This document shows, one piece after another, positions 1 through 8,998 of a stretch of 21,718 nt of DNA. The notes under the pieces are model-generated. The model saw only the letters and a program-made list of their open reading frames with translations, ran no database searches and was not told the DNA's origin. Numbering within the stretch: the stretch's first letter is position 1; every line of letters starts with the position of its first letter. The position numbers and the translations under genes were made by a program. This stretch comes from Amoeboradix gromovi X-113 (Eukaryota > Fungi > Sanchytriomycota), in contig JADGIF010000090.1 of NCBI GenBank assembly GCA_018985225.1, forward strand, positions 1 to 21,718, written 5' to 3'.

Positions 1-150
1 ATACAAAGAGTTATCTATTTTCCTTTTATACTCGTCAACTCCGCAACTAGCTGAATGTCCACTCGCCTCTTGAATCCATAAAGTAATAAAGCTGAAATAA
101 TGTTCAAAGTTTTTATAGAAAGTTAGTCCAGTTTTTATATTTGATGTCCC
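1..150 (-). mobile_element. Copy A: left end of a TIR transposon of the Fanzor-carrying family; the element continues beyond the window start
   Basis: 123-150 (ttagtccagtttttatatttgatgtccc) matches the TIR at 8539-8566 with 2 mismatches. Subterminal ~92-122 resembles ~8507-8538. A minus-strand TATAAAAG lies at 23-30, 120 bp from the terminus (118 bp in copy B). Confidence 0.85.
23..30 (-). promoter_or_regulatory. Candidate TATA box (TATAAAAG) in the transposon left end, copy A
   Basis: Same motif at nearly the same distance from the TIR as 8441-8448 in copy B, amid otherwise diverged sequence. Confidence 0.45.
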
Positions 151-359
151 AAATGTAAACATCAAGTAAGAATTCCACCATGAAAACTAGATCTTGTGGA
201 AGCAAGCAAATATTGCTTTACCATTAATTGGATGTGAGACTTCTAGATATCTGTTTTGAGACCTAATGAGTTCTTTCTTCATATTCCTATAGTGCGCTAT
301 CCCGAAGACCAAAGGATAGTACAAAATACAAGGGGTGCACAAGCTCCTTTAAAACATCT

Positions 360-1256
360 ATGACTTCAGACTTTAAGTCCATCCTATTTGAAAACGTAAT
401 TCCTGTAGCGGAATCCAATTTGCGTCCAATTATAAGAGACAAGGCTATTGATACTATGACGAATCAAAAAGAGACAATTGACTTTAATTTACTCAAGTAT
501 ATTAAAGCGGCATTTGAAGAAGCCCAGGAGAAAACGAAAGAAAAATTAAAGGTATTTCACATTCTAGAATCTATTTTGAAGAAAGATGTGCTTGACAAAA
601 TTTTTGGCGAAGAGTCGTATAACAAGGTGTTTAGGCAGGTAGTTCAATTTTATGAAGAGTCTAAACCTGAAGCAGGCGACAAAGCAGCAGATGCTACCAT
701 TGATGCACTTAAAGATTCCATAAACCTCGTTTCTAGAAATGATAAAGATAGTACTATCACAGACAGAAATATATTTTCTGATTTCAAAAATGAAATGAAA
801 TCAGCTCTATCTGATGTTGCTTCTGGTGGCTCAATGTTTAACGAGAAAATAGACCACATTAAAAGCTCGCTTTTAGATAAATTTGATTTGATTGTACAGC
901 AAACTTTGAATGTAGTAAAAGGAAAAATAGACGTAAAAACTCGTGAATATATTGCTGAACATTTCCATGATAGATCTTCAGATTTGATGAACAAACTAGA
1001 TACAACACCCAACAGTGACCGCGGCTTTGACGATGGAATTAAATCTTTTTTTCACAAAGCAGCAGATAAAGTTCATCAGCATGCTCTAGACTTAATTGAT
1101 AATCCGAAAGAAAAGATTGATTCAGTACTGAAAGAGTTGCAGGAAAAGATTGCTACTGAAGTTATGGAGGAGGTGCAGAAAGTGTTAGACTTGATTCGAT
1201 CCAACTCCAAAAGCGAGATTAATGAGTGGTTCACGAATAAATTTCATTTAAAATGA
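360..1256 (+). CDS. Hypothetical 298-aa charged, probably all-alpha-helical protein of unknown function
   Basis: Long ATG-TGA ORF with protein-like K/E/D/L-rich amphipathic composition; no motif recognised. Confidence 0.75.
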   Translation: MTSDFKSILFENVIPVAESNLRPIIRDKAIDTMTNQKETIDFNLLKYIKAAFEEAQEKTKEKLKVFHILESILKKDVLDKIFGEESYNKVFRQVVQFYEESKPEAGDKAADATIDALKDSINLVSRNDKDSTITDRNIFSDFKNEMKSALSDVASGGSMFNEKIDHIKSSLLDKFDLIVQQTLNVVKGKIDVKTREYIAEHFHDRSSDLMNKLDTTPNSDRGFDDGIKSFFHKAADKVHQHALDLIDNPKEKIDSVLKELQEKIATEVMEEVQKVLDLIRSNSKSEINEWFTNKFHLK

Positions 1257-1349
1257 CATCTATCTACTTCCTAACTGCGTCGCACAAGTTGGGGCTGTTT
1301 TGGCAATACCGCACATCGCAATTATCCACATACGAATGATGAAATATAT

Positions 1350-4300
1350 TTATTTACCAACGCTTCCTATATCACATTGCACACACCATCCCTTGTACTG
1401 TTTTCCATATTTACTAAAACAAACATTACACTCGTTGTATTCAATAACAATTTCCATTGTGTCATTGCATATCCAGTTTCCTTCCTTCAGCTCTTGTATA
1501 TCTCCCAAATCAGTCGGATTCATTTCGCACGTCCCAATAATCTTCTTGATCTAAATTAACCACAAGTACCTTGTTTTTACTGTCTTCGTTCTCGCTGATA
1601 TCGTTCAATCTTCTGCTTCCAAGTAAGCACGTTTTGTAATATTTGTTTTTGAAGGAGAGTCCTACCATTGATCGCAGTGCCAATTCCAAATGTTGCGGCT
1701 TTAAGTTACAATTTGTAAAATAAACACTTAGCTGTATTTGTCTATTGATGTCTGTTTCCTCTCTTCTTTTTAATTCTATTCGCAATCCTAACAAGTAACT
1801 TGTACACAAATTCAAATCCTGTGGATCGACAGTTACAAACAAAGTGCATTTCAATATATGCTTAAGGACAGCAATTGCTTGTATAAACTGACCCTGGGTA
1901 GTTAGAGATAGTGCATTACTAATCTGAGTCTTGATAAAATCTGATGTATACACTTGTACATTCAAATGAACAGGAATTGTCCCCAGTATGCTATTATAGC
2001 TGGTATTGTTGGCTGTGTATATTCGAGTCATAGGCTCTTTTAATAGCGGTACATTTATAATTGAATATTTGTTAATCAGCACTTGTATTGCTTCATCAAA
2101 TAGACCGGCAATTATGTAGTCGTTCAACCCCATGACTTGCTCAGGGACATCTGGGATATCTAGATCATCTCCCCAGACAGTGAGATCATCATTGATTGCA
2201 CTAGTGACAGTGTTTGCAGTTGCCGGGACATCGTTACTTGTCGAATTAGTACTTTGGGTAAGTAATTTGTTAGGGACTGATGATGAGTTATCTTCAAGCG
2301 CAACACTTTTGCTGGGAGTAATTGCAGAGTCGTCTAGTTCTGTGTCTTTTAATGGCCAAACATACAAGTCATCATTAGGATTATCAATTCCACCAATACT
2401 AGATGCTGCAGAAGCTGGCAATTGAACAAAATTTTTTGGCGCAAACTGAAGTACTTTGGTCGTGTCCATTTTGTTGTTTAGGCATAACAAGTATGCCAAA
2501 CCATACTGTTTATTATCCATCAATATCTTCAACTTGCTTTCATTGTTACCAACTAGCAGTGCAATGTTATAAAGCCTGTTTGCGTCAGATCTAGTTGAAT
2601 GCAAGTCCATCATTTTATTAAGCTTATTAAGATTTCCATTAATTAAATACAAAAAAGATAACAGATCTAGATCCATACTGGCCTGCAAAGATGATTCAAC
2701 CAGCTTGCTATTCATAAATGACATTGATGTGGTTGCTAGCAGTTGCCAAGTCTCTACATTGTTGATTGTTTTAGCACAATTATAAGCAACATGCAGTTCG
2801 CCACATTGAATGGCCAATTCAAACAATATTAGTGGATCCTTTACAAATTCCAGTGCTATTGTAGCATATCCAGATGACTGCAAATGATTAATAATCGACT
2901 GGCCCATCAAGTTACCATTTTTAATTGTGTTTTGGATAACTACCATGTCTTTGTTAATTAAGGCCAATTTAAAAAGATATTCGGTAGGGTCGATAGGAAT
3001 ACTAATCAGTGTGGACTGCCTAGTTATAGCATGTATTACAACACTGTTATCACTTATAGTGCTAACAGATGCTAGATATAGTGGTTCATGGATAGATTTG
3101 ATAATACCGACATGTCCGTTCAGTAAACTATACTTGATATGGTTTAACGTGGTGTATATCAATATGTTATTAGACCAAATGGATGATTTTATTCTCAGTG
3201 TCTCATGAACTTGAGCTACCACTTTTAACTGATGGTCAAAAATAGTGATTTCATGCTTACCTATCAAGCATATGTGTGGATTGTCGTTTGCTGACGCATT
3301 GACAGTGCTGACATTGGCATATTTAAATTTGTTTGTCTGATGAAAATCGTAAACAATCGAATTGCCAAGAACATTAACTATTTGCACGTTTGAAGGACCT
3401 AGAAGCAGTACATGACCCGGAATATATGAATACAAGTTAGTCGGAGTAATTGCTAACGGGATTGAATTTATAGGATTTGCATTATCTGTTGAGTATATCT
3501 GTAATGTGTTATTGTTCAAGATGCAGCATCTGTTTCTACTGATAAAAACACCGTGGGTACCTGTGAATGATATAGATTGGTTGTTATTAGGATTGATTAG
3601 GTTGACTTCACTCTGACCATTCAAAAGAAAAGACTGCTCAATGTTATTATACTCCATATGCTTGCACTGTACAGATATGGGAATAGCAGTCGATTCTGAT
3701 GAATCAATAGTGTTAAATTGAATTATGGCATTGTTACGAACAGTATAAATCAGATTGTTAAACACACTGATCGGAGGCCTTTCACGTTGCAGTTTAAATA
3801 CTATTACACCGCTATCATGTCCGCAAGCAAACAAAGCTTGATTAGGATGATTAGTGATACACCAGAACCTGTCATTATCCCTTTTAAAGGTGTTAACCAT
3901 GATACGCTTATTTATATCCCATACACGGATCGATTTGTCCTCACTGTTACTAAGGATAAGATCAAGAAATGGGTGAAAACAGCAGGAAGAAACATTATTA
4001 TAATGGCCTCTGAATGAAGAAAGTTCCCATGCGCGAGATTCACCAATTCTCCAAACCTTTACCTGTCTGTCATCAGCTGCGCTTACAATAAGTGGCTGTG
4101 TAGGATGATGCTGCACCCAATTTACCCCTCTATCATGTCCTTCTAGTACAAACTTTACAGTGCAATCCATTTGGAATGAATCTCCAATAACGCCTCCGGA
4201 AGAGCTTTTATTGGTAGTATGCTTTGTTTTCAGAACAGTATAGTCCCAAATACGGATTGTCTGATCCAGCGAGCAACTAATTATGAAATTGTTAAGATTG

Positions 4301-4737
4301 CTCGGAGAAAAGACTGCATGCATGCAATAATGATTATGACCAGTTAGAATTGCGATGCACGTGCGGTTCAAGTAGTTCCATATACGTAGAGTTTGATCAT
4401 CACTAGAGGATATAATCCAAGAGAGCTCGTCATGAAAGTAGACACTTCGAATATAATCCAAATGTCCGATTAAAACAGATGGCTGGTTAGTGGTTTTGTA
4501 GTTGTACAGCTTAATCAAGTAATCATCACCACCACTGACGAATAAGGCTTGCTTCGGATGAAAAGATATGCCTCGAACTGGACCATTATGTGCATAAAAG
4601 GTGTTAATCAAAGTGCCCAACAGATAATTGTATAACTGAACACTTCCGTTGTGTAATGCAATCAGAAGGAGTGGTTGAGTAGGATGGAAAGAACAATTCT
4701 TTACTCTGTTGGATGATGATTGAAATTTAACCAACAT
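1350..4737 (-). CDS. COP1: Coatomer subunit alpha (alpha-COP); exons 4737-1570 and 1550-1350, ~1122 aa
   Basis: N-terminus MLVKFQSSSNRVKNCSFHPTQP (ATG at 4737), WD40 repeats (LEGHDRGVNW, SNSEDKSIRVWD), KLQRERP and IDPTEYLFKLAL. Removing the 19-nt intron restores the Cys-rich alpha-COP tail IKKIIGTCEMNPTD...CNVCFSKY...KGWCVQCDIGSVGK*. Confidence 0.96.
1551..1569 (-). other. 19-nt spliceosomal intron in alpha-COP (GTACTTGTGGTTAATTTAG)
   Basis: GT-AG, phase 0; removal restores the conserved C-terminal domain. Confidence 0.88.
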
Positions 4738-5450
4738 AGAGACTGTAAGAGGGAGTTGCAAAAAATAAACAAGCCCAGCCTGAAGCAGCTAAAGAAATAC
4801 ATTAAATAGAAATTTCAAAGGCGGAAAAGTTACTATTCCAAACAGCATCCTAATTTGAGACTGGTATTGGTAAAGCTAAGGCTTCAAGCATGAAATAAGA
4901 TGATAGAAAAGAAGGAATGATGCATATTTTAAAAACTGAGAATTCCAGAAGATTGCACAAATAAATTGTGGCAAGACACGATTTACTCAAAGAAATGTCG
5001 GATTTGGCAGAGCAAGAAGCTTCGTTTGAATGATACTAAAACTAGCAAATTTGGGTCAGTGTAAATAAATCCGTTTATTAAATATGCCGTCCTAGAGTCA
5101 AACTGTACTAGTTGTCTGATTAATCTGGATTGATCTATTGAGCCGAATTGGTGTTGAGCTTAGATTAATCTTAAGTTACATTTCTAGCTGCTGTTATCTA
5201 GTTTACACTGAGGTGAATATCTGTTAAAAAATTCAGATTATAGAAAGTCTAATAAGTAACAGTCTCTACCTTGTCCAAAAAGCGGAATTGGAAACGAATA
5301 TTCGCCAAAAGCATACGCGATGAAACATGATATACTAACATCAAAATCAGTCGCCTAGTTTTAAAAGTAGCTGTCCCATATCAAGTTTTTTACTGGAAAG
5401 TGATATTGTGTTGGAACATTCTCACTTACGAATTAATTTTGAAACAGGAT

Positions 5451-8089
5451 ATGCTAAATAGCAACTTAATTTGGCTGGTTCTTGGTGTTGTTTTGCACAC
5501 TATATTTGCACTATCGATATTTGACATCTATTTTGTATCTCCTATTGTAGATATTAAGCCTATTCCTTTAAAATATCGTCACTCTAAACGTGTGGTAATT
5601 GCTGTTGCTGATGGTCTTCGCCATGATACCTTTTATAATCCAAAATTCAATAACAATACTGCACTAGTATCCCCGTTTGTATTTTCCAAAGTATTTCAAG
5701 GTGCTTATGGTACCAGTTTGTGCTCTGTTCCTACTGAAAGTAGACCGGGTCATATGTCTTTGTTTTGTGGAATTACCGAGGATCCCAGTGCTGTACTAAA
5801 GGGATGGTCAAAGAATCCTGTTGAAGTTGACTGTATTTTTAATAACACTAATTCTTATTTGTTTGGTGATCTTGGTATTACTCACACGTATGTTCCCCAT
5901 ATTGAGTTGTACCTTGAGAACGGCCATCTAATTGGTTATGATGACAAGCATTATATTGACGGATTTCCTCAATATGACTTTAAGACAGATTATTTAAGAA
6001 TGAACAAATTTGTTAGAGATGGAGTTTTTAATTTATTTGAAAAAGCAAAATCCAACTCAACTTTGCTAAAACAATTGCATGAGCCTAGCATATTCTTTTT
6101 CCATTTTTGCGGTGTAGATAGTGCAGGCCACGCATTCAGACCCCATTCTGTGGAATATGTAAATACTGTTAAACAAGTTGATAAGTATTTGGAAGAAATA
6201 TCAGTCTTGTTCAACTCATTCTATGGCCAGCCTGATGAGTCAGAGACTCAAAACATGGACTCGGATACTACCTGGATATATACTGCTGATCATGGAATGA
6301 GTGATCGTGGTTCTCATGGCGATTCTGATCCAAATAGCGTGAAAACTCCATTTGTAATTTGGGGTCCCAGAATCAAACCGAGCTATCATTCTAACCCTCA
6401 TGAACTGTCAGCATACGAGGATTATTATAAAGAATGGTTGGAAATGAATCGCTTGCAGTATAATATAAAAAACAATCTATTGCCTTCGCCGTTAACCATA
6501 AATCAGATTGATATTGCCTCACTTATATCCGTTAGCATGGGAATTTCTATTCCCAGCAATAATCTCGGTACGATTCCTTGGTTGCTATTAAATCAGGAAT
6601 ATCAATATCCAGCATTATTGTCTAATTACAATCAACTGAGATCATTGATGAGTCACAAAGAACACGAGAAGCAGCTGCAGCATAGATACTGGCGCTTTAC
6701 TCCATTTAATTCTACCACTGATTTTAGAAAGGATAGCATTCCAGATTTACTTAAGACAATTTCAAGTGTGAAACAAGGAATACAGTATTACCAGACTTAT
6801 GACAAGCTATTTGTACAACTCTTGGTCACTAGTGGATACGTGCTGTGGATAGCATGTAGTGCGCTCAAGTTTTTGACAAGCGGTAGAATACGTGGCACCC
6901 AGTCCGATATTAACTTGTCATTGGTGTTGTGGACCACTTCAGTGATTATAGCAGGATTTAGAGCAACTACATGGTCACACGTAGGATACATAATGCTAAA
7001 TACAATACTGCTGACATTGCTAATACCTCTAAGATATGAAATGACGGAGCTCAGCAGAGTCGATAAAATTCTAGAAATACTGTTTTGTCTGCTTTGGACA
7101 AGTGCGCTTTCTCAGTCATTTATTGATGGCACTGTGCTATCATATTTTTATTTTATTGTAGGCCCATTATATTTGCTATTTAGCAGCAAGTTGAACAATT
7201 TGTTATTCTGTATATTTGCCTTATTGCTAGCCTTTTTCCCATATATTCCAATACCAAACGAAGCGCATGTACTAGAATTGTAATTCTAAACTAATTTAGG
7301 ACAGCAAGCGGTTTATTTGCTTGCTTTATTGGTTTTGTTATCAATAATAGGTATATGAAAACCAGGATAGGTAAGTCTTTGGGGTATGTTCTTTTGATAT
7401 GTGCGTTGGGAAGCGTAGTACTTTTGAATGATCAAAAGCAAAACAACTTGACCTGGGGGTTATTGTTACTGCCGGTAATAACAGTACTAACATGTAAAAT
7501 GTCTGATTTATCCCAAAAAGAAAAAATCATCGGTTTGTACCTGGGCTGTTTGCCTCTTTACATAATTCTTAGCTTAAAGTATGAGCCGTTATTTTACTCT
7601 GTTTATTTTGTAGTACTCTTTATGTTTTACTTGATAGAAAAGGATGCATCTCAGCAGGGACCAGGTGTACCATATAAGCTATATCTTAGATTGGGAATGT
7701 TTCTATTGCTATTCATATACACATCGTTCTTTTCAACAGGTAACTTGGCAAGTTTTGGATCCTTTTCACTCGCATCAATTGATAGATTTACAACCAAATT
7801 TGATCCGTTTTTGATGGGAGCACTATTGTTGTTAAAGATATTGATTCCGTTTATATTAACCAGCGCTGTAGTTTACGGTGTAGCAATAACCTGGCATATA
7901 AAACCGGTAATAATCTATTTTACTAGTGTAGCCTTTTCAGATATAATGACGATTCGTTTCTTCTACTCTATAAGAACCCAAGGGTCATGGTTGGAAATGG
8001 GAACTTCGATGACGCGGTATTTAATTGCATCACTTTTTATTGTTATATTGCTGATATTGTTTGGTATAGCAAAGATTGTTATGAACTGA
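5451..8089 (+). CDS. MCD4: GPI ethanolamine-phosphate transferase 1 (PIG-N/Mcd4); exons 5451-7279 and 7300-8089, ~872 aa
   Basis: SIFDIYFVSP, VADGLR, PTESRPGH, DSAGH and YTADHGMSDRGSHG alkaline-phosphatase-superfamily motifs; multi-TM C-terminus with FFSTGNLAS, PFLMGALLLLKILIP and GSWLEMG. The two ORF-track ORFs join in frame across the intron. Confidence 0.95.
7280..7299 (+). other. 20-nt spliceosomal intron in MCD4/PIGN (GTAATTCTAAACTAATTTAG)
   Basis: GT-AG with CTAAT branch motif; removal eliminates the TAA and joins the frame of 7355..8089. Confidence 0.9.
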
Positions 8090-8097
8090 ATAATAAA

Positions 8098-8210
8098 TGA
8101 TTTGATGCTAACCTTTTGGGACACCAAATATAAAAACTAGACTAAGCCGCCTTTAAAGGAGGTGCCCATAAGGAGGAAATACTATTAGTAATAAAAGTAT
8201 TTCTTCTCTC
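8098..8210 (-). ncRNA. Candidate omegaRNA (scaffold ~8210-8118 plus flank-derived guide ~8117-8098), copy B
   Basis: Lies downstream of the Fanzor relic and spans the right end; conserved with copy C; folds into stems GAAAUACU/AGUAUUUC, GGGCACC/GGUGUCC and UAAAGGC/GUUUUUA. Boundaries are inferred. Confidence 0.55.
8118..8145. repeat. Terminal inverted repeat (element right end)
   Basis: gggacaccaaatataaaaactagactaa; identical to 20924-20951. Confidence 0.92.
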
Positions 8211-8412
8211 AAACCAATTTTCTTTCATTAATTCCATTCCCCTCTCTAAATAAAACAAGATGACTCACTATCTCTTTCAAATATATAAGATCTCTGAGTG
8301 TCTAAGCAAAAGGTGCATTATCTACTACTTTACCACTGTTATCTTCCTTTTTCTTTTTCTTCTTACCACATTTCGTACAGCTTATTTTTTGTTTTCTCTT
8401 CTTATTAGTCAT
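8209..8412 (-). pseudogene. Internally deleted Fanzor/TnpB relic
   Basis: ATG at 8412 gives MTNKKRKQKISCTKCGKKKKKK..., then after a frameshift *CTFCLDTQRSYIFERDSESSCFI*RG, which aligns with the zinc-finger/RuvC-III end of copy C (CNFCLDDQRPHIFERDAGSSSFILKRG). Confidence 0.75.
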
Positions 8413-8440
8413 TGTTTCTAAGATTTTGATGGATGAAGAG

Positions 8441-8448
8441 CTTTTATA
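8441..8448 (-). promoter_or_regulatory. Candidate TATA box (TATAAAAG) ~30 nt upstream of the element ATG at 8412
   Basis: Canonical motif, positionally conserved in copy A. Confidence 0.45.
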
Positions 8449-8538
8449 CTAAAATAATTTACTTGAACTAGTCAGATTAATTTAATTTACTATCGGTTAA
8501 CACACGCTTGAAAAAATGATTCAAACTATTTCAGAAAG

Positions 8539-8566
8539 TTAGTCTAGTTTTTATATTTGATCTCCC
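8539..8566. repeat. Terminal inverted repeat (element left end)
   Basis: Reverse complement gggagatcaaatataaaaactagactaa; matches 8118-8145 and 123-150. Confidence 0.92.
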
Positions 8567-8998
8567 TTTTGTTGTTTTTTGTTCTTCAAATAGATGAAGC
8601 CCATTCTAACAAACGTCCACGTTTTCAAGTAGGTGGAACACTTAGAACCACAATAGATTGCTCATTAATTGATCATGCCCTACAAAATAAAATACGAAAA
8701 ATGACACAAAAAGTGCCATTGAAAAAGAGAAAAAAGATGATAATCAACTACTAGAAAGAACATTACAGACAGTAAGGCAGAACATGAAAATGGCTATCGG
8801 TTGAGATATTGCAACAATTCTCCAAGCGCTAACCAGCCAATCTATTTCGAAAAAGATATTCCCAGTGCATCTTTCACATTGAATAAAGCTTAATGGCGTA
8901 TCACGAGATTGAGATATCTTTGCAGGTGTCCTCCGAGTTGGAGTTAAGGACACTTTGTCATGATGGGTCCCAAATAGGATTACAAACATTGTTTTGCA

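Larger units (their letters stand above)
8118..8566 (-). mobile_element. Copy B: complete 449-bp non-autonomous TIR element (internally deleted Fanzor element)
   Basis: 28-bp TIRs at 8118-8145 and 8539-8566 (2 mismatches), TTTT on both flanks (3-4 bp TSD). 8118-~8323 aligns with 20924-~21130; the other end aligns with ~92-150. Confidence 0.9.

Noticed and set aside
4749-5033. Plus-strand frame with protein-like composition interrupted only by four TAA codons and ending in TGA, suggesting TAA reassignment or a pseudogene
   Set aside because: Bona fide genes here (alpha-COP, VPS53, LIS1, CHD) end in TAA. Four stops in 95 codons is unremarkable in AT-rich DNA, and the purine skew mirrors a pyrimidine-rich upstream region of the minus-strand gene. 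No motif recognised.
4738-5450. ORF-track starts at 4761 (alpha-COP) and 5400 (PIG-N)
   Set aside because: These are TTG/GTG starts; eukaryotic ATG starts at 4737 and 5451 match the conserved N-termini.
8105-8318. Imperfect inverted repeat atgctaaccttttgggacac / gtgtctaagcaaaaggtgcat suggesting a 210-bp MITE or a self-targeting guide
   Set aside because: Needs gaps, is not preserved in copy C, and the true 28-bp TIR pair defines the element better.
8118-8330. Repeat considered as an snRNA (Sm-site-like UUUUUAUAUUUGG) or a CRISPR repeat
   Set aside because: No U1/U2/U4/U5/U6 signature sequences; the copies are dispersed and inverted rather than regularly spaced.
8557-8989. Small ORFs 8557..8754 (+) and 8744..8989 (-), and a plus frame with several TGA codons
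   Set aside because: No recognisable motifs; the first starts at a TTG inside the TIR; TGA is used as a normal stop in this genome.
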